A stretch of 64,000 nt of DNA from assembly GCF_032062105.1 (NCBI RefSeq), contig NW_026938695.1:434001-498000 (forward strand), given 5' to 3'. A model generated the notes under the pieces. The model saw only the letters and a program-made list of their open reading frames with translations. It had not been told where the DNA came from and ran no database searches. This document shows, piece after piece, positions 23,801 through 36,394 of this stretch (positions within the stretch are counted from its first letter, which is position 1; each line of letters begins with the position of its first letter). Both the position numbers and the translations under genes were made by a program. The DNA is from Saccostrea cucullata (lineage: Eukaryota).

Positions 23801-26800
23801 TACAAATTAAATGTAATTTAACAAACATATAAAGATGCAAAAGTATTTTTCGTATAGGTACAAAATATGTTTGTGCAGGAAAGATGTACTGTTACAAGTA
23901 CAGGTTTTGCTTGAGACAATCTTTATAGTTGTTTTCTCTACATGCTTCTTTTCATACATGTGACCTTTCTCAATATACAATTTATGAAGTAACCTAAGAC
24001 TTGCAATATTGATCATACTTGATTTTCCATAAAAACAATGAAAACAATTAGATCATTAACATTATTTCCTATATCCAAGTGTAAATTGGAATTGTAGAAT
24101 ATTGTACACATGTATTTGGGGAATGGTACGGAATGACAGCAGCTGGCAGTAAAAAAATTCTGGATAATCCCAAATTTTGTTTTACCCTTCCAAGTCGAGG
24201 TAAAGTGAAAGATCAAATTGATGTAGATATTTCCGATGTTTTTTTCTATTCACATTTATGAAATCTTTGAATGTCTTGTACTCTTCGTTATAGCTGTATC
24301 TCCGTAATTTTTTTGTGGCAAAGTCTCACTTGCAAACAATTTTGCAAATTTCCATCTACAAACCCTGCATCAAAGTTTCATTTTCAAATCCTGTAGATAA
24401 GTTTTATCTTCAAACTCTTTATCAAAGTCTTTCCTTCAAACCCTGTAGCAAAGTTTCAATTTCAAACCCCTCAGCAAAGTTTTATCTTCAAATACTGTTG
24501 CAAAGTCTAATCTTCAATCCCTTTACCAAAGTCTCGTCTTCAAACTCTAAAGCAGTCTTTTTCTCAATTTTACCTTGCAGCAAAATCTTATCTCGAAGCC
24601 CTGTATTATAGTTCATCATCAAATCCTCTAGCATCTACATATCCTGCAGCAATATTTCAGCTTGAGATCCTGCTGCAATAGTCTCGACTTCAAACCTTTA
24701 AATAAAGTTTAATCTTCAACAACCGTTGCAAAAGTGTAATCTTCAAACTATTATATAGTATTTAAGTCCCGTACTTAAACTCTTCAGCAAAATTTTATCT
24801 TCAAACCTTGCAGCGAAATATTTGTCTTCAAACCCTACAGCAAAAATTCACTTCAAACGTTACAGCAAATTTTTGTCTACAAACACTGCAGGAAAATTTT
24901 AACTTCAAATGGTGTAGCAAGCCCCATCTTTTAACTCTGCAGCAAAGTTTCATCTTCGAACCAACTAAGAAAGTATAATCTCCAAATTCTAGATCTGTAG
25001 CAACATCTCATCTTCAAGCCATACAGCAATATTTGCATGAGGTTAAAATTCTGCAGCAAATTTTCAGCTTTAGACCCTTAACAAAAACCCCTTCTTCACC
25101 AATCAAAGCAAAGAGAATGTTTCTTTGACAGGATTCAGTAAGGAGCAGACACCAATGGTCGTAGGAATTTCCCTACTTCAGCTCTGTAAAGACAGATTAG
25201 ACGACAGAGTCCCCATAGCACTAAGAGTATTCAAGGTAGTTATTTTTTCGCTTTGTGACGTAAGTAGATTTTGCAATTAAGTTACTGTGAATTATTTAGT
25301 TTCCAGGGATATGATTTTAATGATATTCATTGTATGAAGAGACCATAGAATTTTTTGATTTTCCACGAAATGAATTCGTTTTCTTTTGTCTAGTTTCAAG
25401 TGTGTAATATTCATCTCCATAAAACCAAACCTCCTCAACTATTTTTTCTCCACAAATCAAGAAATGTTGATTCCAGGAAAATCAATTCCTGTCACTTACA
25501 TTGTGTAGTCCTATTTAAAAAAAAATGAACCTCCTCAAAATAACCTTATGATATATGATAGGCCAGACAAATTTTGTCTCCAAGACAATAAATCACTTAA
25601 CATCGTCATGATCATGTATTCTTATTTTAACAAAATGTCTCCCTCAAAATATCCCCATGCTTTATGATAGGCCAGGCAACAGAAGCAGGGGATGCTGATT
25701 GAGGAGATCGGGGAGACGTTTGAGCAGGGGTTCCAACAGATTCTGAGGACATTCAAACTAAAACCGGGAAAATACATGATCCTCCCCCACACAGCCAAAA
25801 TGAAAACAGAGAGGCAATTTCTACTGAGGATTTATACCACATTTCCGATGAAGCATATTCAGTACGTATTTACAAACTCGGTTTCAATACTGTTATTCTG
25901 AAAAAAATCTAAATCAAAATTCTACTGGTTTTAAGGGTAGATAATACAAACAAAAAAATTGATGCCTGGATTAGTATATATTTTTTGGCCTAATTTCATT
26001 GAAAATGATGCAAATAATAAATTTCTAGAATATAAAGAAATTGTAAACCTATGATGTTCAAAATTCTGCCTGTCTGAAAGCATCCTTAATAATCTATACA
26101 AATATTTTTCACTTCAAATCCCATTTTTGTGACAATTTGAATAAAACATCAGAAACTATAGTGAAACTTAATTCATTTTACTCATTAAAACATGACTCGT
26201 GTTGTTATTTCCAATTTTTTGGACAAAAGTTTGTTTGTATCATCTGTCCTTAAGCTTCCAGGAACTATCAGATGTTGTAAGATTGAAGCCTTTGAATCGA
26301 TACCGGGGAAATTGAGAACGCCGTTGATTAAACTTGTGGCAAATTACAATTTATTTCATTTGTTAATGTTTTTTTTCGTCATATTTAACATCATTGTAAT
26401 ATGTTACTAATGATCTTTTCCTTCTTCTTATAAAATGTTTCAAAGCTTTTTTGAAATTATAGATGGGTTCCTTCAACTGAACCATTGCTTCTTCTAAAGG
26501 AAGACAAACCTCTTAATCTCAAAGACCTGAAATGTACACTAGGTGAGGTTATATTCCTTTGTCATTTTATTATTCAAAAATATCTTCTGATTCATCAAGA
26601 CAAACCAATCCACTGTGATTTGTGAAAGTATATTTGAGATCATGATTGCTTGGCATCTTAAACACAAGTCTAAAAACCAATTATAAAACATCCTCTTTGA
26701 CAACTTCAAATACTAATATTCTCGAATGAACCTTGATCAAAAACCTGACTTCAGCTGGTTAGATTCTTGTAATATTCAAAATTTTTGAAAGTTTGTTAAC

Positions 26801-28145
26801 ATGTCCTTAAACAGACTGCTGTGAGGAGATTTGGGGGCGGTGGTCAGAGGGTCTTCAGGGAGGATTCATATACGACAGAGACTTTGATTTGAATCCCCAG
26901 GTGGACATCTCCGTACCAGAAGGAGGTAAGAGGAACTGCAATACCGTTTTGTCCTCAGGACTGGGTTGCTCAAAACACTGGTAAACCACTGGTTATATCG
27001 CTTAACCAATGGTTAACTAACCAGAGGCTAATTTTATTCTGAGCAACAAATATTTGACCAGTGGTTAGTTGGCCAGTGGATACAGGATATAGCAATTGAC
27101 CAACTTATCCAGTGATCAAATTTTACCAGGTGTTTGAGAAACACAGACCAGAGATCTTGCATGTTGATTAATATTTTTCTTTCAGATGAACTCAAACAAG
27201 TGATTCGTTTCAAAGTCCTTAAAGACTGGAACTCTGACGATGCCTGTCTGGGATTTAGGTTATTTCGGGTAGGTTTGAATGTTATGTTGATTTGATTATA
27301 TTTTACGTTTAAATAGAGCTTGACACAGATTATGATACTCTTTAAAATTGTTGCGTTTGTATAATAGCTTTTAGATTATAAAGGTAACTGGTAAAGTAGA
27401 GTTTGATAAGATTTAGATTATTCTGGTAAAGTACAACTTTCTTAGAATTTTGACTTTTCATGAGGCTTGTTTGATTATTTCTGGTATGTATACCTAAAGA
27501 AAGACCATCACTTCACCACATGAACTTGACTATTCTTAGGTATATACCATTGTCCTTTCACAAGTATACCATTATCCTTTCACAAGATTCAAACATTTTT
27601 AGCTTATGTAAAATATTTGTATTTTATGTGAAATATAACCTCCAGGTAGGTCCAGAAGAATTGATACCAAAGGAGACCCAGTGGTTTTATGATCATTGGG
27701 ATCACACTGTACGGTGTAGGGACGGATCTATTGAAGGCTGGGAGTGGGACTATCTCGCTCCCACTTTTCAAGTAGAACCTGGACGGTATTGTGGGATTCT
27801 CTACAATGAAAAGCCCGGGGGGAGTAACACAGCCTTCTGCATCATGGTGTATTCTGCAATCCCACTGCAGATCAAGTAAGTTACGAAATATTTATTCTAA
27901 CAAAGATATTTTAAAATGTTAAACTACATGAAACATATGGAACATATGAAACATATTCAACATTTAAGTGCGAACTGTGTATATTGATATACCAATGAAT
28001 GAACAACCACTTTGTAATGAGTGTATTTTTTGAACTTTGTAAAATGTTACAATTTTGTTCATTTTTTATGATTTTATTATAAATTATACAAAATACATGT
28101 GCAACCTTTTTTTATTTCTACAGATCTTATAATTTGGGAAAATAG
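20842..28145 (+). CDS. Calpain-like pseudo-protease (degenerate CysPc + two domain-III/CBSW modules) with N-terminal MGCGGS acylation motif; ~660 aa
   Basis: Exons 20842-21051, 21379-21510, 21849-22063, 22243-22420, 22927-22992, 23163-23251, 23500-23669, 24098-24199, 25132-25235, 25671-25861, 26463-26542, 26815-26925, 27186-27268, 27646-27875, 28124-28145. All GT-AG, in phase, 1983 nt. Calpain motifs: WTDTSLPP, DLNQGEL, WRFGRWVDIYVDD, ELWLTFLEKAWAR, GGY..LSLTGG, WKGPWN, GEW..TAAG..NPKF, LKPGKYMILPHT, and a second GRW..GG..NPQ...VEPGRY. Confidence 0.88.
24330..25085 (+). repeat. Degenerate ~30-bp minisatellite in calpain intron 8
   Basis: Roughly 25 units resembling cttcaaaccctgcagcaaagtttcat. 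Confidence 0.75.
25935..26249. mobile_element. TTAA-target MITE (same family as 59321-59638)
   Basis: TTAA|gggtagataatacaaacaaa ... tttgtttgtatcatctgtcc|TTAA. Colinear with the copy at the PYM1 stop codon. Confidence 0.85.
26958..27150. mobile_element. Short MITE (PIF/Harbinger-like, tentative)
   Basis: ctgggttgctcaaaacactggtaaa ... tttaccaggtgtttgagaaacacag, with internal ctggttaac/ttaaccag repeats. Confidence 0.5.
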
Positions 28146-28874
28146 TGCTTAAGACATCACCATAGTGAGAAAAGAAGCTATCATCTTTGTGTTGTCACTG
28201 CAGCATCTTCTGTCAGATGGGAAAAATGACAACAGGAATATACAGTTAAACTCGTTTAGTATGAACAGGGATATTGCGAATTCATGGACATAGCGAAATT
28301 ATCTTGGATCCCCAGCTGTATAAATTTAACGAATTCCTTATACAGATATAATTTTATAGGTCCCAGTGACTTCGTTAGAAACAAGTTTTACTGAATGTGT
28401 GTATTTGGATATTTTGGTCATTCCCGTATCATTCTTGATAATTACTAGCATGAACATGATGAAGAAAGGGACAAAGTAATTAAGAAATATAAGAAATACA
28501 ACAGTACATATTTATTTTGTTAAATTTACATAGGCTCATCAACTTTTGTCCTTGGTAATTTTAATATAATAATTTGATAAAAGATGGAAATCATTATGAG
28601 TTTCCTGTTGTGTTTTTGAAAAAGAATTTCATTTAAATATTTTAACGTCTGATTGAAAAGGACTCATAACCAATACTCACCTATGTCTTTTTTTGGAGTT
28701 AAATTATAATTATCTATAATTTTTATTATTGTAAAATTTAAATTTGTCTCAACTTAATTATAGCTCTTCTTTTTTTATTAGTATATGTAAAAAATAATTA
28801 TCAAATCTCAACGTGTAAAATGTTGTTTATCTGTATGTTACTTAAAATATTATTGTTTGTTTGATATCAATAAA

Positions 28875-29450
28875 AGAGAGAGAGCGAAAAGATTTACAAA
28901 GAAAGCATTTTCACTATATAATTAATAAAGCACCGCCCTAACGCCAGGACCCATAACCCGACCAGGGGTCATGAAATTAACAATTTTGGAAGAGGCAGTC
29001 TTGCTCATCATAACAATGTACATAATTCATCTGCTTAATACCCAGGAACAGGGAAGATTTTCAAAGAATCAATGCATGTTCACTACATAAACAATAGATC
29101 CCCATCCTAACACCAGAACCCCTGACCCTGGGACCATAAATTTCACAATTTTGATTAAGGACTCAATGCTTATTACAATCATGCCAACAGTTTGACCGCT
29201 TGATGCCCAGGAGTAAAAGTAAGATTTTAAAGATTGTATTAATTCTAGTGGTTTTTGTCCCAATCCTCCGGCTTCATGAGGCTGGGGTAATGAATTTCAC
29301 TTTTCCCCCTCCTCTTTGCCCACAGATACTATATGCCTTATTTCGTTGATATTAATTCAGTGGTTCCAGAAAAGAAGCTAAAATATTCGAAAGACAGACA
29401 AAAAAAGATAGCAATAGGGAGGTCACCTGAGTGACTCAGGTGACCTAATA
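28875..29450 (+). mobile_element. Helentron/HINE non-autonomous element with Cg170-like satellite monomers
   Basis: Repeats of gaacccctgacc..ggggtcatgaaattaacaattttgg, and a terminal hairpin ggtcacctgagtgactcaggtgaccta at ~29421-29447. Confidence 0.7.
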
Positions 29451-29864
29451 ATTTCGACGTTTTCTTGACTAGGTCCCTTTACCTATTCAATTAATGACGA
29501 AATAAATATTAAAAAAAATAATACCCTACTATGTTGATCTACATAACCTTATCAAGTCAAAATACTAGTAACACAGAAGTAATACACGCGAATATAAAAT
29601 CTTCGTTATCTCCATATCTTTCTTCATATGTCATTTAATGCCAAAAGGCTTTACAATTTCATATCTGTTAGTATGAATGCCTGCTTTAGAGCTTTTCCCC
29701 TCTTTTGGAATCATAGGTCTGTACAATTAGCTCGGTCAGGACAAGGAGGATATGGTCGGTCGACAGGGGATACTTACTCCTCCCTGTCGCATAATTCCAC
29801 TTTTGATGTTTCTAAGAGGTCTGTCTTTGATCCGGTCCATGAGTATCGTGTTACTGGACTTTTG

Positions 29865-30275
29865 TATGGAATTCTGATAGGGCCATGCAGTTCACTATCG
29901 CACCATCGAGCATCGACTATAAAGGTCGATGGCACGATAATGCGATGGTGAGAAAACGATGAAGCGATGACGATGGAGCTATGGTGCGATAGCGCGATGA
30001 CGATAATGCGATGACGTGATAATGTGATGACCATGGTGCGATAGAAGGATAGAGTAAAAGTGAATATCGCTTCATTGTTATCGTACCATCACGCCATTGT
30101 GTCATCGCTATCGTACCATCGTGTCATCGCACTATCGCTCCATCGCTTCATCGTCATCACGCAATCGAACCATCGATTCATCGTCATCCAATTATCGTAT
30201 CATCGCATTATCAACCCAAACCTCGATGGTGCGATGATGCGATAGTGAACTGCATGGCCCTATCCGGATTCCATA
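29865..30275. mobile_element. TATGG...CCATA MITE with 6-bp TSD (IS3EU-like) and internal CATCG/CGATG arrays
   Basis: ~45-bp TIR tatggaattctgatagggccatgcagttcactatcgca / tgcgatagtgaactgcatggccctatccggattccata. TSD cttttg on both sides. Confidence 0.8.
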
Positions 30276-30374
30276 CTTTTGAGCTTTATAATTGTTTATT
30301 TTTTTCAATATTTACAATTAGAACATGTATTTCTGGACATCTATTTTTGCTGTTTCAATAGAAGTTTAAAATAT

Positions 30375-31473
30375 TTATGTTTTTGTAAAGTGGAATTGAC
30401 CAAAATTTGCAACATTTTTAAACTCTTGTATCTTTGAGTCAAAAGAAGCTGTCAAGTTAAATACCATAGGACTGTCTGTTTTCTTTTTAATTTTTTGATA
30501 TCTTTCACTACATCTGTAGAAATCGTCAACATATGAGGCATCGTCCACCTCGTCTTTCAGGCTTTCTAATGATTTTGTAAGTTGTTTCAGGTACGTTATT
30601 CTGTCTCCGTTCGATTCTGCATTCCTTCTTGTAACTTCCCTGTGTTCTTTAGCTTTTGCAGAAAATTTTCCAGAAAATCATTCTTTAGCCGATGGATGTG
30701 ATTTTGAACACCTGTGTATAAAGACTCGGTAAGCTCAAATATCTTTTCCAAATTTACCTCTAGCTTTGAAATGGTTTCCTCTTCTTCTGTTTTTATGGTT
30801 ATAAAATATTGTTCCAATTTCTTTATTTTTTCTAAGCATTTGACAAACTCTCCATTACGTATTCTGTCGGCAGCATTTTTTACGGTTTCGGTTCTTACAC
30901 ATTTCCGATGTTCTACACAGATGAACATTGTGCATGGTACCGAATGATTTTTACAAAGAAATTCTATTTTTCTGTCTTAGGGCAATTACTTATGTCTCTG
31001 TATTTCACAGGAGACAATTTAGACTCTTTTAAAGGCATAACTTCGTGGTCTTTGGTCAGCAAATTTCTCCTATGGTATTTAGCACACATATCACAAAGTC
31101 TCTCTTTGCACCCGAAACAAAATCGACTGGCTTCGTGTTCTTCGTCAACTCTTATGCAAGAATCACAATTATTTTCTGAGTGTGGATTTTTGGATATTTT
31201 CCTCAGAATTTCATTAATCGGGAATTCGCTAGCCCAGCTGAAAGGTCCCTTTGAAAAATTTTCCACCGGGATGAAATCTCGACACAGTGGACAGCGGAAT
31301 CCGACAGGAGCTTCTTTAGAATTACACGTAGATACGATATGGTTCGACAAACATTCGTGACAAAATGAATGCGAACAAGGTAAATACCTTGATGTTTTAT
31401 ATTGTTAAAAACATATCGAGCACTTTATAAAATCACTACAGGTAATACCAGGTACCTTAGATGACGATGCCAT
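30375..31473 (-). pseudogene. TRIM (RING-Bbox1-Bbox2-coiled coil) pseudogene
   Basis: ATG GCA TCG TCA at 31473. In-frame TAA inside the RING (CSICF*QYK, 31405-31407). Frameshifting deletion in B-box2 near 30975 and another shift near 30650. Clear paralog of 34085-35317. Confidence 0.88.
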
Positions 31474-32261
31474 TCCACCTGATCACAACTGTTTCGATTG
31501 AAGGCACAAAATACCAAGAAAATTAATGCTTGTAACTTGTCTGTTTCTACAATGCATGCGTTTAAAATGTATCACTCCATCAGGATTTAGTCCAGTAGTC
31601 TTTGGTTATAAAGGCTTATTGTTTTAAAATCCCATTGACATTGTCGTTATTTATATGTTTACCATTGTCATTAAATGTTGAGTATTTAGCTATCAAAATA
31701 AGATGTAAGAGATTTTGTAAGATTCTAAAGGGGCATAGGACGAGAAAATTATTAAAATATGATTTGTACTGTATTAAGCTATTTGCTCTTTTTGCTTAAT
31801 GACATATGGAAGTAAAGAATAGTAATCAAAATAAAACAATACAAAATATGGAGAACAATTACCAGGGAACCTCTTAAAACATTAGTCGCAGAAGCCATGA
31901 AGAGATGTATCATCTGACAGCCGGTCACGTCCGCCGTGTGTTCCTTGTTATCGAGACATTTCTTTCGAAAAACCGATGAATTGATTAACCCTCATCGAGA
32001 AAGGAGACAAGAATATGGTCCCTTATTCCATTTTTTTTAATCTTTCCAACCCACATTAGTTTTCCTAAAACATACAAATAGAACGCCTTCTTGTTTTATA
32101 GAAGAGATGCTTAGGAGCCATACCGCTGACAATAATAGCCAATTGACCAAACTTTGGCGAAAGTAACTTTAAAAAATAAAATACCGGGTACGTATAAAAA
32201 ATAAAAATATAAAATGCATAAATATTTTTAATACATCTTAATACTAATCAAATAATCATTT

Positions 32262-33385
32262 TACGAGGGCTGATGATGTCCTGAACTCTATGACATACAA
32301 CACAGATATCATATGGCATTAAGCTTGACTTTCTCTGATGATTGAATCTTTAATGAATTGATATCAGTTCATGTGACCACTTTTCATCTCATATTTTCAT
32401 TGTGAGAAGCTGGAAAACAAGGGCTATTCGAGACACTGCATTAAAAATGAATGGTAAAGAATTAGTAAATTAGAGTGAAATTAAATGCTTCATCAAAGCC
32501 GTTGTTAAACTTATTAAGGAACCCAAAGAAATATTCACTGAATTTGTGAAATTTACAGCATCCAATGTCTGTTTTATAGACACATGAGCCAATGGATTTC
32601 AATGAACAATAATGATATAATGAGTATTAAAATTGGGTCAAGGACTTACAACAACCAATGTTCTGGTTGCCAAAATTCAACAAATTATCAATGACAATGT
32701 TTGATTGACTTTAAGACACATAGCAAATTTGATAGGAATCAATTTGGGGTTAGTTCACACTATTTTAAAGAAACATTTGACAATAAAAAGGCTTAATACT
32801 CAATGGTCATCCTATGATTTGAAAAATGGGTGAAAACGACAGCATGTAAAAAGATATAAAGAAGTATTTAAAATAATCAGAAATTGTAGTTATCCACATT
32901 TGTCTGAAATTCAAAGAGATGAAACTCTAATCCATTGCTTTAAACCCTCAAAACAAATTTACAATAAGATGAACTTGACACAAACAGTAAAGATCTGAAA
33001 AGGGGTATTAAAGAATTGCAAGAGGACAAAGACAACTTTATATGCCATTTTCTTAAATATTAGTGGTCTTGTTGTTCAAATTCTTATTCGGAGAGGCAGT
33101 TCAATTTCTGGAGGAGTCTAGAAAGCAAATTTTTTGCCAAAAAATCGAGATGTTAAAGAGAGGACGGAACCAGATCCATAAAGAAGATTCAAGTGCAGGA
33201 AATCATAGGATCTGCCATATTCCAGTATACGAAGGGTCATGCTAAAAAAAGAGTTCTAAAAACAATCAAAAATAGGATAAAAATGTTATGGACATGTCTT
33301 TTAATTAAAAGGGAATATTTGAGTTAAATCATAAAGACTAAATCATTGAAAAGCGTTTTTGTTTCTTACCGAGCACCGAGGACAT
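32262..33385 (+). mobile_element. Decayed mariner transposon
   Basis: tacgagggctg.. start. RDETLIHCFKP resembles GDETWVHxYxP. Colinear with 43819-45072. Confidence 0.7.
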
Positions 33386-33388
33386 TAT

Positions 33389-33543
33389 NNNNNNNNNNNN
33401 NNNNNNNNNNNNNNNNNNNNNNNNNNNNNNNNNNNNNNNNNNNNNNNNNNNNNNNNNNNNNNNNNNNNNNNNNNNNNNNNNNNNNNNNNNNNNNNNNNNN
33501 NNNNNNNNNNNNNNNNNNNNNNNNNNNNNNNNNNNNNNNNNNN
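33389..33543. other. Assembly gap
   Basis: Run of N. Confidence 1.
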
Positions 33544-34084
33544 CCAACCAGTGAGGTTCAAATAATTATTTCTCACATCTAAAATATGCCGGAATATAGA
33601 CTAACTGGTGCACATTTTTGATATTAACGCACTTTGAAAAAAAAAATCAAAGTGCGTTTACTTTGTCCTTAATTAAACATACTTTGAATAACTCTTTAAA
33701 GTGCATTGTAATAGGAGCAATACCTGTAATTCGTAAAAGACTTCGATGAATTCTTTCACAAAGAAAGACCCCTCGATTAGTCTATATCATTGCCATTAAA
33801 TAAATTCAAAGATAAAATGCACAATGTTATTTTTTTGATTTTGAAAAGATAGAAAATGGTTCAAATATCTAATTGTTTAACTACGTATGTCTTGGGTGGT
33901 TTTCATTTTGTGACATCAATTGACTAATTCTATATAATCCTCTCCTATATTTTATATACAATAATTTAATATTATGTCATTAAATGTTAAAAACATCATA
34001 TTTAAGATTTTTTTTATCCCCTGACCAAGTGCACGTCTGTAACAGTAGCGACATTTATCTTACACTACACTCAAAATTTGAATT

Positions 34085-35317
34085 TTATAAATCAAATTTA
34101 CTTCCACGAAATCCGTAATCTATTTTCGTCTGTGGATTTCTTAGAGGACCCTTACATTCAAGCGTTGCAGGTTTCGCTGTATTAATATCTCTCTGAGAAT
34201 AAATATAATATCCCCAAAATTTAAAATCACCAAATGTGTTGATTTTTTCAAAATCTCTAATCCTGTCATCAAAAGAAGTTGTCAATTTGAATAGAGTGGG
34301 TCTGTTTCTGTCGTGGTGTAATTTCAATGTTTTGTATTTTTGACAACTTCTATAGAATTCTGAAACATACGTAGCATCATCCAACTCTCCTTCAAAGCTT
34401 TTAAGTGATTTTTCAACCTGTTTCAGATACGTTACTCTGTCGCCGTTAGCTTCTGCATTCTTTCTTAGAATTTCCTTGTGCTCTTTAGCTTTAGCTGATA
34501 GATTGTCAAGATAATCATTTTTCAGCCTTTCAATACGATTGTGGACTTTAGAAATCAAAGATTCGGTAGCCTCAAATACCTGTTCAGTTCCCTTCTCTAT
34601 CTGTGTAATGTTTTCCTCTTGTTTTCTTTGTATACTCTTTAATTCGTCTTCCAGTTTTATCAATTCTTTAACAAGATTATCAAACTCGCCCTTTCGTATT
34701 CTTTCTGCCGACCCCTTTACAGTTTCTATTTTGTCACATTTTCTATGTTGAACACAAATGCACATCGTGCAACAAGGTACAGAATGATCCTTACAGAGAA
34801 ACTCTATTGTTCTCCCTGCATGCTTAGGACATTGCTCTTTGTTTCTGGTTTTTACAGGTGACAGCTTCAATTCTTTTAAAGATATAACCTTGTGGTCCTT
34901 CGTCAAAGAAATACGCCTGTGGTATGTAGCACACATATCACATATTCTCTCTTTACATTCATAACAATATCTACTAGCTTCATTTTCCTCCTCGTCCCTT
35001 TTGCATGTATCACAATTTTCGTTTTCTTGATTTTTGGACACTTCGCTTAGGATTTCATGAATAGGGAACTGACTCGCCCAATTTATTGGTCTACTTATAA
35101 AGATTTCCACCGGAATGAAGTTTCGGCAAAATGGACAGGGGAATCCGACAGGAGCTTCTTTAGAATTACACGTAGATACGATGTGGAGCGACAAACATTC
35201 GTGACAAAATGAGTGTGAACAAGGTAAATACCTGGGTATTTTAAATTTTTCAAAACAAATTGAGCATTTTGTGAAGTCACTACAGTTAACCTGAAGCCCT
35301 ACTGAAGATGATGCCAT
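34085..35317 (-). CDS. Intronless TRIM/RBCC E3 ubiquitin ligase (no recognisable C-terminal domain), ~410 aa
   Basis: C3HC4 RING CSICFEKF..LPCSHSFCHEC..CPFC, B-box1 CDTC..CYEC..CDMC..H..H, B-box2 CPKH..LCKDH..CC..C..H, then a coiled coil. Start placed at MASSS by comparison with the pseudogene; the ATG at 35326 is an alternative. Confidence 0.92.
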   Translation of the reverse strand: MASSSVGLQVNCSDFTKCSICFEKFKIPRYLPCSHSFCHECLSLHIVSTCNSKEAPVGFPCPFCRNFIPVEIFISRPINWASQFPIHEILSEVSKNQENENCDTCKRDEEENEASRYCYECKERICDMCATYHRRISLTKDHKVISLKELKLSPVKTRNKEQCPKHAGRTIEFLCKDHSVPCCTMCICVQHRKCDKIETVKGSAERIRKGEFDNLVKELIKLEDELKSIQRKQEENITQIEKGTEQVFEATESLISKVHNRIERLKNDYLDNLSAKAKEHKEILRKNAEANGDRVTYLKQVEKSLKSFEGELDDATYVSEFYRSCQKYKTLKLHHDRNRPTLFKLTTSFDDRIRDFEKINTFGDFKFWGYYIYSQRDINTAKPATLECKGPLRNPQTKIDYGFRGSKFDL

Positions 35318-35945
35318 TTTATGCATACACGTAGCGATCCACACTGTCTAACTACATTCCGTTTTTTCAACAACGGAACATATTTCTGTTCCTGTAGACG
35401 TGACGAATGCACCTTCGTCATGGACATAATATATGCTTTCCTTTACGTTGCCCTTCAAAAATCAATCTAACCGTTCGTTGTTGTGAACTTTTGTTGAATT
35501 AAATCCTACTAAGTGCATTCAATTTTGCAAATACTGCGGATTGAATAAGGTATTGATGGTAAAATTTTCAAGGTAATTAAAAGTCTTTAAAAATCGATAA
35601 TTGTTTACGTGAACCGACAAGTCTTTCATATTTACTATGCAGTTTAGATTTCGATCAATACCTAAAAATAGAAAAAACCAAATGAATAGTGGTTTAACAT
35701 TAGTTTTCTACAAAAGCGTATTTGTTTGTGCTTTTCATTTGATACAAAACATTAACTCACACAAAAAAATATTTAGATACTTTCGTAGTCATCAGTCAGA
35801 GTGCATTCATCATAACTATAAAAAGAACATAACTACACTTCATGAACCTGACTGTTCTCTGGTATGCATGTACAACTCTCATTTCACAAGATTCAACAAT
35901 CTTAAGCACATTAAATATTTATATTATATGTGAAATATTTACCAG

Positions 35946-36394
35946 GTAGGTCCAGAAGAATTGATACCAAAGGAAACCCAGTGGTTTTATGATCATTGGG
36001 ATCACACTGTACGATGTAAGGACGGATCTATTGAAGGCTGGGAGTGGGATTATTTCGCTCCCACTTTTCTATAGCTAGTAAAGCCCGGGCGGTATTGTGG
36101 GATTCTGTACAATGAGAAGCCCGGGGGGCAGTAACACAGCCTTCTGCATCATGGTGTATTCTGCAATCCAACTGCAGATCAAGAAAGTTATATACCGTTT
36201 ATCTAAACATTTTATATAAAAAAAGTAATTTCCTCCTGCTACATATTCATATGAATTAACAACCTTTTTGGAATAAAAAAAATGTAACCTGCAAAATGTA
36301 ATGATTTTTAAAAATAAGTTTTTCAACATTATTGATATCTCATATTTAAAATCTTTTTTTAAATTTCTTCAGATCTTATAATTTGGGAAAATAG
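35946..36394 (+). pseudogene. Duplicated, disabled copy of calpain-like exons 14-15 (plus 3'UTR to ~36780)
   Basis: Near-identical to 27646-27875 and 28124-28145, but with an insertion carrying a stop (~36070), two +1 indels, and donor GT changed to GA at ~36183. Confidence 0.92.

Noticed and set aside
24315-24611. 98-aa ORF in calpain intron 8
   Set aside because: Translation of the degenerate 30-bp minisatellite; the calpain reading frame is complete without it.
25935-26249. Apparent retrocopy of the PYM1 3'UTR in a calpain intron
   Set aside because: The shared sequence is bounded by TIRs and TTAA TSDs at both sites, so these are independent MITE insertions.
29628-30245. His/Arg/Ile-rich ORFs
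   Set aside because: Derived from the CATCG arrays of the TATGG MITE.
30908-31360. Plus-strand 150-aa ORF, and similar antisense ORFs over the TRIM, PYM1 and calpain exons
   Set aside because: Shadow frames of recognisable genes on the opposite strand.
33338-33582. ORFs spanning N runs (also 2192-2692)
   Set aside because: Artefacts of assembly gaps.
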